From: Candidatus Heimdallarchaeota archaeon
GTDB lineage: Archaea; Asgardarchaeota; Heimdallarchaeia; Heimdallarchaeales; Heimdallarchaeaceae
Reading direction: 5' to 3'
Length of the DNA stretch: 64,000 nt
Assembly (NCBI GenBank): GCA_019057815.1
Contig: JAHLWR010000002.1
Coordinates: 192,001 to 256,000, forward strand
Shown here: positions 10,088-18,509 of the stretch, in pieces
Layout of the letters: each line of letters opens with the position of its first letter
Numbering within the stretch: the stretch's first letter is position 1
The notes under the pieces: generated by a model
Databases searched by the model: none
Told to the model about the DNA's origin: nothing
What the model saw: the letters and a program-made list of their open reading frames with translations, nothing else
Made by a program: the position numbers and the translations under genes

Positions 10088-11002
10088 CTATATTAAACCT
10101 CTTTCCATTAAAATCTTGAATTCGTCTAGATTTAACTTTGCTCCCTCTTTATAACGCCCTACTATTTCTTCAACTTTATCATCAATTTTTCGTTGGATAG
10201 CTTTCTTTGCTTCCATTTTCCTTGCTTTGCGTTGAGCTTGAAATTCATTAGAGAATTCACTCCCAATTTTCTTTACTTCTTGTGTAAGACCATCGAGTTC
10301 TTTACGAAGAGTAGTAACGGTTCCATTTAAAACTATAATTTCAGCATGAATTTCATCTGCTGCTTCCTTTATTTTTCTTGCTTCTTTGTTGGATTCTAAC
10401 ATTTTTTCTTGATGAACCTGAGATTCATGAGCAAGTGTTGTTACACTTGTATGATAAGTTCGGATTTCGGTCTGCATATAGCGCAATTTTTGTTTCATAT
10501 CACGGAATTCATTTCGTAATTCTTTGAACTGTTCCATTTTTTCGAATTCTTCAGAAAGCTCTTCAAGTTGTTTTAATGTTTGTTTTTCCATCTCTTTTGT
10601 CAAAAATGGAGTAGTCTCAAGCTGACGTTCTAGACGTCGCATCCTTTCTCCAACACGTTTATTTCTAGGAGCTCCAACTGTTTTCATTTGCGAACCTAGT
10701 TCAAGAAGACGTTTACCGATAACATCAGCATCTTCACGAAGGATATCTCGCATTTGCTTTCGAAATTGAACTTCTTCATTAATTTTATCCCTTTTCTCTT
10801 TTTCAGTTCTAGCCAAGATAAAAAGTTCTTTTGATTCCTTGTTTTTCACATCTCGAATCTTACGTAGTTCATTACGCTTATTATGAAAATTATGAAATTG
10901 CTGTATTTTATCTCTTCTTTTGGTTTTTAATTCCAAAAGATTTTGTCTTTTCTCTTCCAGTGTAAGTTCTTCTGTTTCAGTCGTCATTAGCAAATCACGC
11001 AA
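10088..11002 (-). CDS. Conserved archaeal coiled-coil protein (COG1340-like)
   Basis: RD..N..V, LE..LET..LT...EK, AD..H, and C-terminal G.KL.LDEF..L motifs. Confidence 0.8.
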   Translation of the reverse strand: MRDLLMTTETEELTLEEKRQNLLELKTKRRDKIQQFHNFHNKRNELRKIRDVKNKESKELFILARTEKEKRDKINEEVQFRKQMRDILREDADVIGKRLLELGSQMKTVGAPRNKRVGERMRRLERQLETTPFLTKEMEKQTLKQLEELSEEFEKMEQFKELRNEFRDMKQKLRYMQTEIRTYHTSVTTLAHESQVHQEKMLESNKEARKIKEAADEIHAEIIVLNGTVTTLRKELDGLTQEVKKIGSEFSNEFQAQRKARKMEAKKAIQRKIDDKVEEIVGRYKEGAKLNLDEFKILMERGLI

Positions 11003-11119
11003 ATCTATGCAAAGGATGTTCCAAACTACTATTTACTTTCAAGTACTCAAAAGAGGAGGTGTATTTATATTTTATGACAAATCACAGATAGTATGATAAC
11101 AAAGAGAATTATTCTCTTC

Positions 11120-11278
11120 TTATTTCCTATTAGAACGTTTCATACGTAACTCAGTGGATCGACATTTACGACATTTTTTTGCATTTAAAGGGTTAGTTGC
11201 AGAGCATTTACGGCATACTTTCTTCTGCATTAAGTGTTGACGCGCGATACGACGATATTCTGGATTTGTAACAGGCAT
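11120..11278 (-). CDS. rpl40e: 50S ribosomal protein L40e (missed by ORF track)
   Basis: Manual translation MPVTNPEYRRIARQHLMQKKVCRKCSATNPLNAKKCRKCRSTELRMKRSNRK; CRKC..NP..A.KCRKC zinc motif; no ubiquitin fusion. Confidence 0.95.
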   Translation of the reverse strand: MPVTNPEYRRIARQHLMQKKVCRKCSATNPLNAKKCRKCRSTELRMKRSNRK

Positions 11279-11686
11279 TTCAAGCTCTCCTCAGTATGTT
11301 TAAGTGTCGTTTAAGAGTGGTAATAAAAAAATTTCTATTAAAGTCAAAATTAAGAAACAACATAATCAGTTGTTACAAAATTCAGAACACTTAATTATGA
11401 AGTTATTCATGATTAATAATAACATTACGAAAAACTAGAAGTTTCCTTCTTGTTAAATCAAATGATTTATTAGAAAAATATAAGGAAATTGCAGCCAAAA
11501 AATGCAAAATAACTCAAATCAGAGAAAAAATGGGTAAGGTATTCAAATATTTAGGTCTATTTTGCTTCATGCTAAGTAATAATATCACTTCTACAACTTT
11601 ATGTAGTTCTACTTTTTACGCCCCCTTATGGCGTTAGTGCAGGGTTTATGGTGATAATACGTTTTTTTGTATAATGATTAGATAGG

Positions 11687-11729
11687 TTTATATAGACATA
11701 CAGAATAATGTAAATACAGAATAGTGTAA
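11687..11729 (+). promoter_or_regulatory. TATA box followed by a tandem 16-bp direct repeat (putative operator)
   Basis: TTTATATA at 11687-11694; ATACAGAATA(A/G)TGTAA at 11698-11713 and 11714-11729. Confidence 0.55.
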
Positions 11730-11750
11730 GAAGATAACAAGGTGAAAAGA

Positions 11751-11861
11751 ATGTCAGAAAAAAGATTGAATGAAACGCGAAAATCAGATAAAACACATAA
11801 GAAAATCTCCAGTAATGAGATTCTAACTCAATATATTAAACATCAGTTATTGGGATATTAA
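11751..11861 (+). CDS. Small ORF, 36 aa (MSEKRLNETRKSDKTHKKISSNEILTQYIKHQLLGY)
   Basis: AAGGTGA RBS upstream; first ORF after the promoter. Confidence 0.5.
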   Translation: MSEKRLNETRKSDKTHKKISSNEILTQYIKHQLLGY

Positions 11862-11882
11862 AAAATAGAGAGGTAGATAATC

Positions 11883-12014
11883 ATGAAACAAGAAGAAACT
11901 CTCCGTATTATCGATCAAGAAATTAGCAAGCTTAAGGCGGATCTTAACCGCACTCGTAAAGCTAGAAAATCCATGCGTAAGCGCCAACCTGAATACATAG
12001 TTGTTGCTTGGTGA
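11883..12014 (+). CDS. Small basic helical ORF, 43 aa (MKQEETLRIIDQEISKLKADLNRTRKARKSMRKRQPEYIVVAW)
   Basis: GAGGT RBS upstream; operon-like spacing. Confidence 0.6.
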   Translation: MKQEETLRIIDQEISKLKADLNRTRKARKSMRKRQPEYIVVAW

Positions 12015-12023
12015 GATGATTAC

Positions 12024-12257
12024 ATGGAAATTGATGATATACCCAATCTTGTCTCCAATCTCCTCGAAGATATAAAATTTGAATTAAAGGAATCTTTAGA
12101 AGATCTTACTTTCTCTCTTAATTCAATGACACACTCTTTCAAGGTTGATTTTAAAAATAATCTTAAATCCAATCTTACTGATTTAAAGGAATTTCTTTCA
12201 GACCTTCAATATAACTTGAAGGACATTTCGTCTGACCGTTCTTCAGATGAGAGTTGA
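12024..12257 (+). CDS. Small acidic amphipathic-helix protein
   Basis: 77 aa; GGTGA upstream; internal repeat L.DL.F.L/L.DL.YNL. Confidence 0.65.
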   Translation: MEIDDIPNLVSNLLEDIKFELKESLEDLTFSLNSMTHSFKVDFKNNLKSNLTDLKEFLSDLQYNLKDISSDRSSDES

Positions 12258-12283
12258 AATATTATTAATTATGAGGTATTTAT

Positions 12284-13744
12284 ATGGCAAAAGAAGATGT
12301 TGATAATCTTAAAAAAGAGGTTGAAGAACTCAAGAAACAGAATGAGGAGCTGGCTAAGCTAATGAAGAATGTTTACAAAAAAATTGAACAATCATCTATT
12401 CCTCCTTCTGTACCCCCTGCTTCAGAAGTAGTTGAAGCACATACAGATTTTTCTAGACCACTTAGAGCACAAAGAGCACCTATTGCTCCCAAAAAGCAAA
12501 AAAAACTCAAAGATAAGGAAAAAAGAAAATACGAAAAAGTCTTAGAAAAAGATCTTTCTAAATTGATCAAAACTGAAAAGAAAAAAGGCAATGAGGTCTT
12601 TGACACCAAATTTCATTTTGACACAGAGAAATTTAATATTCAAATCAATGAAATCGCAAAAAAGGCGCAAGAATTTGCTAACAAAATTTCCAAAAATTTT
12701 TCCAGTGATTTTATGACTGGTCTCGACAAGAAGCTAAAGAAAATAGATACCACTATTGCAAAAGAAGCAGATCGTATTCGCACAATTAGCGTCATGACAG
12801 ATGAAGAGTACGAAGATATTGTTGAGGAAATTGAGGAGGCTAAAGAAGAAATTGAGGAGGCTAAAGAAGAAATTGAGGAATATCAACATCAGATTGTTGA
12901 AGTTCGTCAAAGGATGAATGAACTCAAACGAGAAATGGCAAAAGCAAAAGAACGATTTATGAATGCTAAGCTCAATGGAGATATTGAGGAAATCGAGGAA
13001 ACTAAAAATCATCTTCGCGATCTAGAGAACGAACTCCGTGAGAGTGGTGAAGATTTACAAGATTCTCTGCACTATCTCAATGATGCAAAAAGAGAGTTTG
13101 AACGAGCACGTCGTGAATATTCTAATCTTCTCCGTCGAGCTCAACGGCTTCGAAATGTTCATCGTCAATCTCCAAAAATGTTTGTAATCGGAGCCTCTAA
13201 AGGCAAAAAAGAAGATGATTTTTCTGTTAAGATTGAAGATCTTGTCACGTCTGTTGCATCTAATATTAAAAAATCTCTTGTTTCAACAATTGAAGGAGGT
13301 AAAAAAATCATTAGCCAAATCACAGATATTGATGGTGACAAGATTGTTATTACAGATGAAAAAGGAACGCGCATATCTTCTGGATCAATAGAAGATTTCA
13401 TCACAACTACAGCAGGTCTTTTTTCAGCTCTTGGCGACGAAAATCGTCTTAAAGTTCTCAAGACTCTTGAACTTGGTCCAGAATTTCAGAAAGAACTTTC
13501 TGAAAAAACTAACTTAAGAGGTGGTACTTACAAACACCATACAGACATTCTTCAAGAAGTTGATTTCATTACTCGTGAAGCTATTCGAGGTCGCTATCTT
13601 ATCACTCAATTAGGTATTGAAGCTTTGAAATTATCTGAACTACTATTTTTGCGTAAAAAGAAACTTGAAGCAGCTCAAAAACCTACTAAGAAAGATGAAA
13701 GAGATGATGAAGACGAAACAACTCTAGACATTGATATTGAATAA
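12284..13744 (+). CDS. Long coiled-coil protein with a C-terminal ArsR-type winged helix
   Basis: FSALGDENRLKVLK..EL...NLRGGTYKHH..LQE..FI..RGRYLITQLG; GAGGT RBS. Confidence 0.85.
   Translation: MAKEDVDNLKKEVEELKKQNEELAKLMKNVYKKIEQSSIPPSVPPASEVVEAHTDFSRPLRAQRAPIAPKKQKKLKDKEKRKYEKVLEKDLSKLIKTEKKKGNEVFDTKFHFDTEKFNIQINEIAKKAQEFANKISKNFSSDFMTGLDKKLKKIDTTIAKEADRIRTISVMTDEEYEDIVEEIEEAKEEIEEAKEEIEEYQHQIVEVRQRMNELKREMAKAKERFMNAKLNGDIEEIEETKNHLRDLENELRESGEDLQDSLHYLNDAKREFERARREYSNLLRRAQRLRNVHRQSPKMFVIGASKGKKEDDFSVKIEDLVTSVASNIKKSLVSTIEGGKKIISQITDIDGDKIVITDEKGTRISSGSIEDFITTTAGLFSALGDENRLKVLKTLELGPEFQKELSEKTNLRGGTYKHHTDILQEVDFITREAIRGRYLITQLGIEALKLSELLFLRKKKLEAAQKPTKKDERDDEDETTLDIDIE
12827..12879 (+). 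repeat. In-frame 21-bp tandem repeat (~2.5 copies; EIEEAKE)
   Basis: GAAATTGAGGAGGCTAAAGAA twice exactly, plus a partial third copy. Confidence 0.9.
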
Positions 13745-13753
13745 GGTGAAATC

Positions 13754-14428
13754 ATGTACCTGCAAGTGATTAACCGTCCTTTGAAAATAACTCATAGTTT
13801 TGAGCATACTTTTGACAACAAACATGTTAAAATTACATGTGCCAAAAAAGCTTTTCTTTTTCCGGTTTTCGAGGTCACACGTGATGAACAAATAGGCTTT
13901 CTATATGATGGTCCCTTAGGTATCACGTGTGATCTTTTAGTTCACTCTAAAGAAGGAGCTGTAGGGAAAATCTTTGAGGAAACCTATTCCTCAGCTCTAT
14001 TTGTTCCAGCTAACTTAGATTTTTTGAGAGATCATGTCAAAGAGTTAACACCTATTGAAGAGGAAAAGTTTCCTAAGTACGAGAAAATTATCTCCTCATT
14101 TGAGATCCACCTATCTTCCAAAAAGTTCTGTTACCACAGCAATAATGACTACTTCCTCCTTCTTAGTGGTAGGACATTTTCTATCTGGTTCATAAATGGT
14201 GAGACTACAATATCTATCACTCATGAGGAAATCATGGGAAGAACAGGAGAGCGCAAGTTATTCTGGTTCTCTCCCAAGAATATCGTTTTCACTAATGATA
14301 AAGGAGATATTTTCTCTACCTCAAATATGTTTTCAAATAAAAATATTGTCAAAATGATTCTCAAATCCTTGGAAACTAATCCTGTAAGAGATTATTTCAG
14401 TAATTTCGACAAACTTCTTTCACATTAG
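13754..14428 (+). CDS. Hypothetical protein, last gene of the operon
   Basis: 224-aa ORF with AAGGTGA RBS, 9 nt after the regulator gene. Confidence 0.75.
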   Translation: MYLQVINRPLKITHSFEHTFDNKHVKITCAKKAFLFPVFEVTRDEQIGFLYDGPLGITCDLLVHSKEGAVGKIFEETYSSALFVPANLDFLRDHVKELTPIEEEKFPKYEKIISSFEIHLSSKKFCYHSNNDYFLLLSGRTFSIWFINGETTISITHEEIMGRTGERKLFWFSPKNIVFTNDKGDIFSTSNMFSNKNIVKMILKSLETNPVRDYFSNFDKLLSH

Positions 14429-14438
14429 ATACAGTTTT

Positions 14439-15416
14439 TCACAGCTGTATCTTATTTTTTATAAATTCCGCTATCTGTTTTGCGATTATTGGAGGTACTG
14501 CTTCTCCCACTTGATCGAACATAGAATCAGCTGACCCAACAAACTTGAAATTATCAGAAAACCCCATCAATCTTGCATGTTCTCTTATCGTTAGAGCTCT
14601 ATCTTCCTCTGGATGAATAAACCTAGATTTACCCATTATGGTATTTGCATTTTCTTTAGGTGCTATTCTAATCCAATTTCTTTTTTCCCTTGTGGCTCCT
14701 GAAAAATATACTCCAGCCCGACCTTTTGCTATTTTATGCACTTTTTTTGCAATTTTTTTAGGAAAGTGGACGTAAAAGTGATTATAGAAATCATTTGGGT
14801 ATGAAGGATTAGGTAGATCATTAAGGACTTCTTCAGCTCGTATTTTCTTCTTTTTTGGAAGTATAATATGTATATTAGAGATGAATAATCTATTCCTTGA
14901 AGAAGGACACCCATGTTCTTCTGCTCTTATGAAGTTGAAATGTATTTTACCATAGCCTGCAGTGATTAGTGCATCTTTTATTATTTGTTTACCCTGAGTT
15001 TCAGCCATTGGAACAACATTTTCTATCACAAAGAATTGTGGTTGTATATCACCAATTATCCTAATTGCATGAAAAATGAGATCGCCTTGAGGATCTTCAT
15101 AAAATCTTGCCCAAGGATTCTTTTTCCGTTTTGGATTTGCTGAAGTGAATGGCTCACATGGGGGAGAAGCAAGTATTATATCTGGTTTATCAGCAATTTT
15201 TGACATTATATCAAGTGAATGAACTGTTCGAACATCTCTTTTCATCATCACGGTTTGGGGGAAGTTTAGTTCATAAGTTGCTGTAGTATTTTTGTCGTTT
15301 TCAATTGCAAGCAAATCTCTGAACCCAGCTTGAACAAATCCTAGACTAAAACCACCTGCTCCTGAAAACAAATCAATAAAAGTAGGAATTTGATTTGTAC
15401 TTTTTTTTTCAAACAT
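14439..15416 (-). CDS. C5-cytosine methyltransferase (Dcm/Dnmt2 fold), orphan
   Basis: DLFSGAGG (I), SPPCEPF (IV), ENV (VI), RNRLF (VIII), RALTIREHARLMGF (IX), GEAVPP (X). Confidence 0.92.
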   Translation of the reverse strand: MFEKKSTNQIPTFIDLFSGAGGFSLGFVQAGFRDLLAIENDKNTTATYELNFPQTVMMKRDVRTVHSLDIMSKIADKPDIILASPPCEPFTSANPKRKKNPWARFYEDPQGDLIFHAIRIIGDIQPQFFVIENVVPMAETQGKQIIKDALITAGYGKIHFNFIRAEEHGCPSSRNRLFISNIHIILPKKKKIRAEEVLNDLPNPSYPNDFYNHFYVHFPKKIAKKVHKIAKGRAGVYFSGATREKRNWIRIAPKENANTIMGKSRFIHPEEDRALTIREHARLMGFSDNFKFVGSADSMFDQVGEAVPPIIAKQIAEFIKNKIQL

Positions 15417-15551
15417 TTGACCACCATCTGATTCTGTTAATCAACCCATTCCTTTTCCAAATAATTCTTCTTTGCCTAGTTACTTGATATCACCCAAAAG
15501 TATTCTTTCCCCTCAAGTTGTGGAAGGTTTTCACATCCTTGCTAAAAGAAT

Positions 15552-15627
15552 TGGTGGGCAAAGCAGGAATTGAACCTGCGACCTACTCCGTGTGAGGGAG
15601 TTGTCATAGCCACTAGACCACATGCCC
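15552..15627 (-). tRNA. tRNA-Val(CAC), CCA encoded
   Basis: Cloverleaf: anticodon stem ACTCC/GGAGT with loop CTCACAC, T-arm GCAGG-TTCAATT-CCTGC, ends in ACCA. Confidence 0.93.
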
Positions 15628-15690
15628 GTAATTCAATCAGATATAGCATCCAAAGCTATATATTTTTTCTGTTTGGTAATTTAGAAAAAG

Positions 15691-15921
15691 CAATATAATG
15701 CCCCTGAGGTTAACACACTGCTTCATTTTTTGGGTTAACCCCACATCTACTAGTTGAGCTCCTCAGGAGCATATGTTGTCTACCAGGGTTGACCTAATAT
15801 CATTGTATGGAATGCTTCATTCCACTCAATAAGGAGCCCGTATGGTAGCCTGTAGCCTTTCTTTTTGCACTTTTCTTCATTGTTGGCCAAAGCCTACTAT
15901 GAAAAGTCCTCGATAAAAGGC
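15691..15921 (-). ncRNA. Three-hairpin H/ACA pseudouridylation guide RNA
   Basis: Three consecutive hairpins followed by ACA, ACA and AUA, each with an AAUGA K-turn-like strand; hairpin-1 pocket complementary to LSU rRNA UUUGC-U-A-CCUCGAU. Confidence 0.8.
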
Positions 15922-16077
15922 AAAATAACATTAATCTCAAATATCTTTAATGTTTTGTTTTTTAACATTAACAAAAAACAACCCTTATTCTTAATTATAA
16001 TGTCACGTCATACATGTTTAATTATAAAGTAATTTTTAAAATAAGATTGTAAAAAGGGAAAAGAAAAAGGGAATAAA

Positions 16078-17550
16078 TTACAGGTCCCTATACTCAACAA
16101 TTTTCACAGATGCAGGTTTCTTGGAGATTTCACCCAACCTTGCACCTATTACCATTGCTATACCTTTGTTGTGAGCTCGTTCAAGCAATCTCTGTGTAAT
16201 AATTCCATCGATAACAATAATTTCGGCTTTTTTTATTTCATCTAGTTTGTTGAATATTTCCGCAGCGGGAATTCTGAGTAATTCTTTGTTTTCTTCTTCG
16301 AAAACCACAGCTTCAAGTTTTTGTTTCACACTTTCAACGGTTTTGTTAAGATATTCAGGCAATTCTATTTTCCTTATAATCCTTCTAGGAGGTCGTGTCT
16401 CAGTATCGCGATACGATGTAGTGCGCCTAGAAGTACTCTCAGGTCTTCTTGTTTGACTATAACTTGTTCTAGAATCTGTAGGTCTGTATTCCCTCCTAGG
16501 TTGAAAGCTTCTTGTATCGCGTGGTCTTCTCTCAGATGTATAAGAAGGTTGACGAGGTTTATATGTAGATGGTCTTTCATAACTTTTACCTTCGTATTTG
16601 GTCTCTGGTTTAACATACGAGGGTTTTACTTGTTTTCTACCTGTTTTCGTGGATTTTTGTATGAATTTTTTAACTGTCAAGCCTTCATCAGTTCCTGTTA
16701 GGAAAACAGCTTTTTCTAAAGAAGTACACTTCTTGAGAGCTTCATTTACTTCATCCTTATTCAAATCTTCTACTTCTTTACCCTTTGGTGCTCTAGCAAC
16801 ATATTCCACGTGCGCAACTTGAAGTAATTCTTTTAATATTAAATCTCCTCCTCTATCACCATCAAGAAAAACCGTTACTGTTTTATTTTTAATTAATTCA
16901 ACGAGTCTAAGTGAAACGCTTGTACCATTAACAGCAATTGTATTATCAATTCCCATCTTCAAAAGAGTAACAACATCTGCTCTTCCTTCAACAAGTATAA
17001 TTTTCTTTGATTTTTCAAAAGCTGGTCCTGCAGCAAAACCATCAGCACCAATTTTTATCACTGAACCAACTTTAGACGATTTCTCTACCTCAAGTTTAAT
17101 TGAAGAACTAAAAGGACTCACATTTTGATCCCATTGACGGACAATCTCAGCTGCACGATCCACAATTGACTTTCTCTTATCAATTCTTACATCAACAATT
17201 TCACCTAGTTTAATCTTGCAAGTACAAGGACCTACACGATCAACAGTTTCAATAGTTGCAGCCAAAATTGCTGTTTCTGTTCGTGGAAGACTAGAAGGAA
17301 TAATAATACTTCCTCTAGTTTTCCCTTCTCTACTGGTAAGGTCTACACTTATACGACCTATTCTACCCGATTTTTGGAGTTCACGAATATCTAAATCTTC
17401 ACTTAAAAGTCCAGAAGTTTGACCATAAATAGCCCCAACAATATCGGGTGTCTCCACAACTCCCTGTATTTCAAACCTCACTACAATATTATACTTCGTA
17501 GTCGAAGCGTCATTTTTAGCACCCATATAATCACCTTTTATAATGTCCAA
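16078..17550 (-). CDS. dnaG: Archaeal DnaG-type primase (exosome-associated)
   Basis: GVVE.PDIVGAIYGQT.GLL, LQKSGRIGRI, TOPRIM ILVEGRADV, DGDRGG, DGIITQRL. Confidence 0.96.
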   Translation of the reverse strand: MDIIKGDYMGAKNDASTTKYNIVVRFEIQGVVETPDIVGAIYGQTSGLLSEDLDIRELQKSGRIGRISVDLTSREGKTRGSIIIPSSLPRTETAILAATIETVDRVGPCTCKIKLGEIVDVRIDKRKSIVDRAAEIVRQWDQNVSPFSSSIKLEVEKSSKVGSVIKIGADGFAAGPAFEKSKKIILVEGRADVVTLLKMGIDNTIAVNGTSVSLRLVELIKNKTVTVFLDGDRGGDLILKELLQVAHVEYVARAPKGKEVEDLNKDEVNEALKKCTSLEKAVFLTGTDEGLTVKKFIQKSTKTGRKQVKPSYVKPETKYEGKSYERPSTYKPRQPSYTSERRPRDTRSFQPRREYRPTDSRTSYSQTRRPESTSRRTTSYRDTETRPPRRIIRKIELPEYLNKTVESVKQKLEAVVFEEENKELLRIPAAEIFNKLDEIKKAEIIVIDGIITQRLLERAHNKGIAMVIGARLGEISKKPASVKIVEYRDL

Positions 17551-17704
17551 TATTCATGCATTTGATTAGTCGCACATAGGTGACACACACTACTCAAAAT
17601 CCCCTGCCCAAATACACACTTCAAATTAATTTATGAGTTATTATGAATATAATTAATTTTTAACATATTATATCTTAATTCTATGTGATTGTGATAATTT
17701 TGAA

Positions 17705-17820
17705 ATGATGATTATGATAGTGAATTGTAATGTCCATTTTGAATATTAACCCTTTATTTGTGCTAATCTAATAGGGCATGAATATATATTACTTTTACTT
17801 AATTTTCAATCATAGTCTGA
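17705..17820 (+). ncRNA. Candidate box C/D-like (double K-turn) RNA
   Basis: ATGATGA 17705-17711, TTGA 17739-17742, ATGAATA 17778-17784, CTGA 17817-17820, with pairing adjacent to the boxes. Confidence 0.35.
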
Positions 17821-18004
17821 ACATTGTTCCTTTCTTTCAGACTTCAAGACAACATAGATTGGTCAATGTTAAAAAACTTACCATATGATACATTACTAAC
17901 TAGTTTATAAGTTCTACACTTTCATAAAATTATGGGATCAAAGTAATCAAAAGTATTTAACTATGTTTAAATAATTTGAGTTGAGAATTTTAAAGTGAAT
18001 AACA

Positions 18005-18430
18005 ATGCATCCAGCGATTATTGTCCTATTTTGTATAGGTGGAGCACTAGGTCTGCTAACAATTATTTTTCTAATCTTAAGAATAAAAAAGAAAAAGAAA
18101 AACCCTCTGATTGAACGAGCTGAATCCATATTTATCGTTATTAATCAAAGAATCCACAGCATACTAAATGAAATCCAGAAAATAGATTCAGAGGTTACAA
18201 AAATTCTAATTTTGAAGAATACAAAAGACAAGTCAAATGAAAGTGCAGAAGAACTACAAATTAAGTTAGAGGATAATCAGGTTAAAATCAAGAAGTTAAT
18301 GCTGAAAATTGAAGACTTAAAAGATTATCAAAAAGAGATTAAAAATGAGATATTGAATAAAAAACAAGGAAATTTAGACGAAATTGAAGTTATTTTTGAA
18401 AGGATAAAAGAAAAAATCGACAATTGTTGA
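18005..18430 (+). CDS. Single-pass membrane-anchored coiled-coil protein
   Basis: N-terminal hydrophobic helix, KKKKK stop-transfer, helical remainder. Confidence 0.75.
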   Translation: MHPAIIVLFCIGGALGLLTIIFLILRIKKKKKNPLIERAESIFIVINQRIHSILNEIQKIDSEVTKILILKNTKDKSNESAEELQIKLEDNQVKIKKLMLKIEDLKDYQKEIKNEILNKKQGNLDEIEVIFERIKEKIDNC

Positions 18431-18509
18431 GAAATCCTTAATTTTAGAATACGTTTCTAAGGCTAGTGTAGTTACAGATAGTTTAATATTCTCTATAATA
18501 AAACTTTAA

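Noticed and set aside
14439-15627. Restriction-modification island integrated at tRNA-Val
   Set aside because: No endonuclease, integrase or duplicated tRNA 3' end was found
15691-15921. CRISPR or SECIS-like repeats (recurrent CTTCAT/ATGAAG)
   Set aside because: Motifs are short and irregularly spaced; most are explained as K-turn strands of H/ACA hairpins
17705-17820. SECIS element (AUGA...GA quartet)
   Set aside because: Apical region is far too long, it is not in a 3' UTR, and no UGA-interrupted selenoprotein is visible; the hydrogenase L2 motif has Cys
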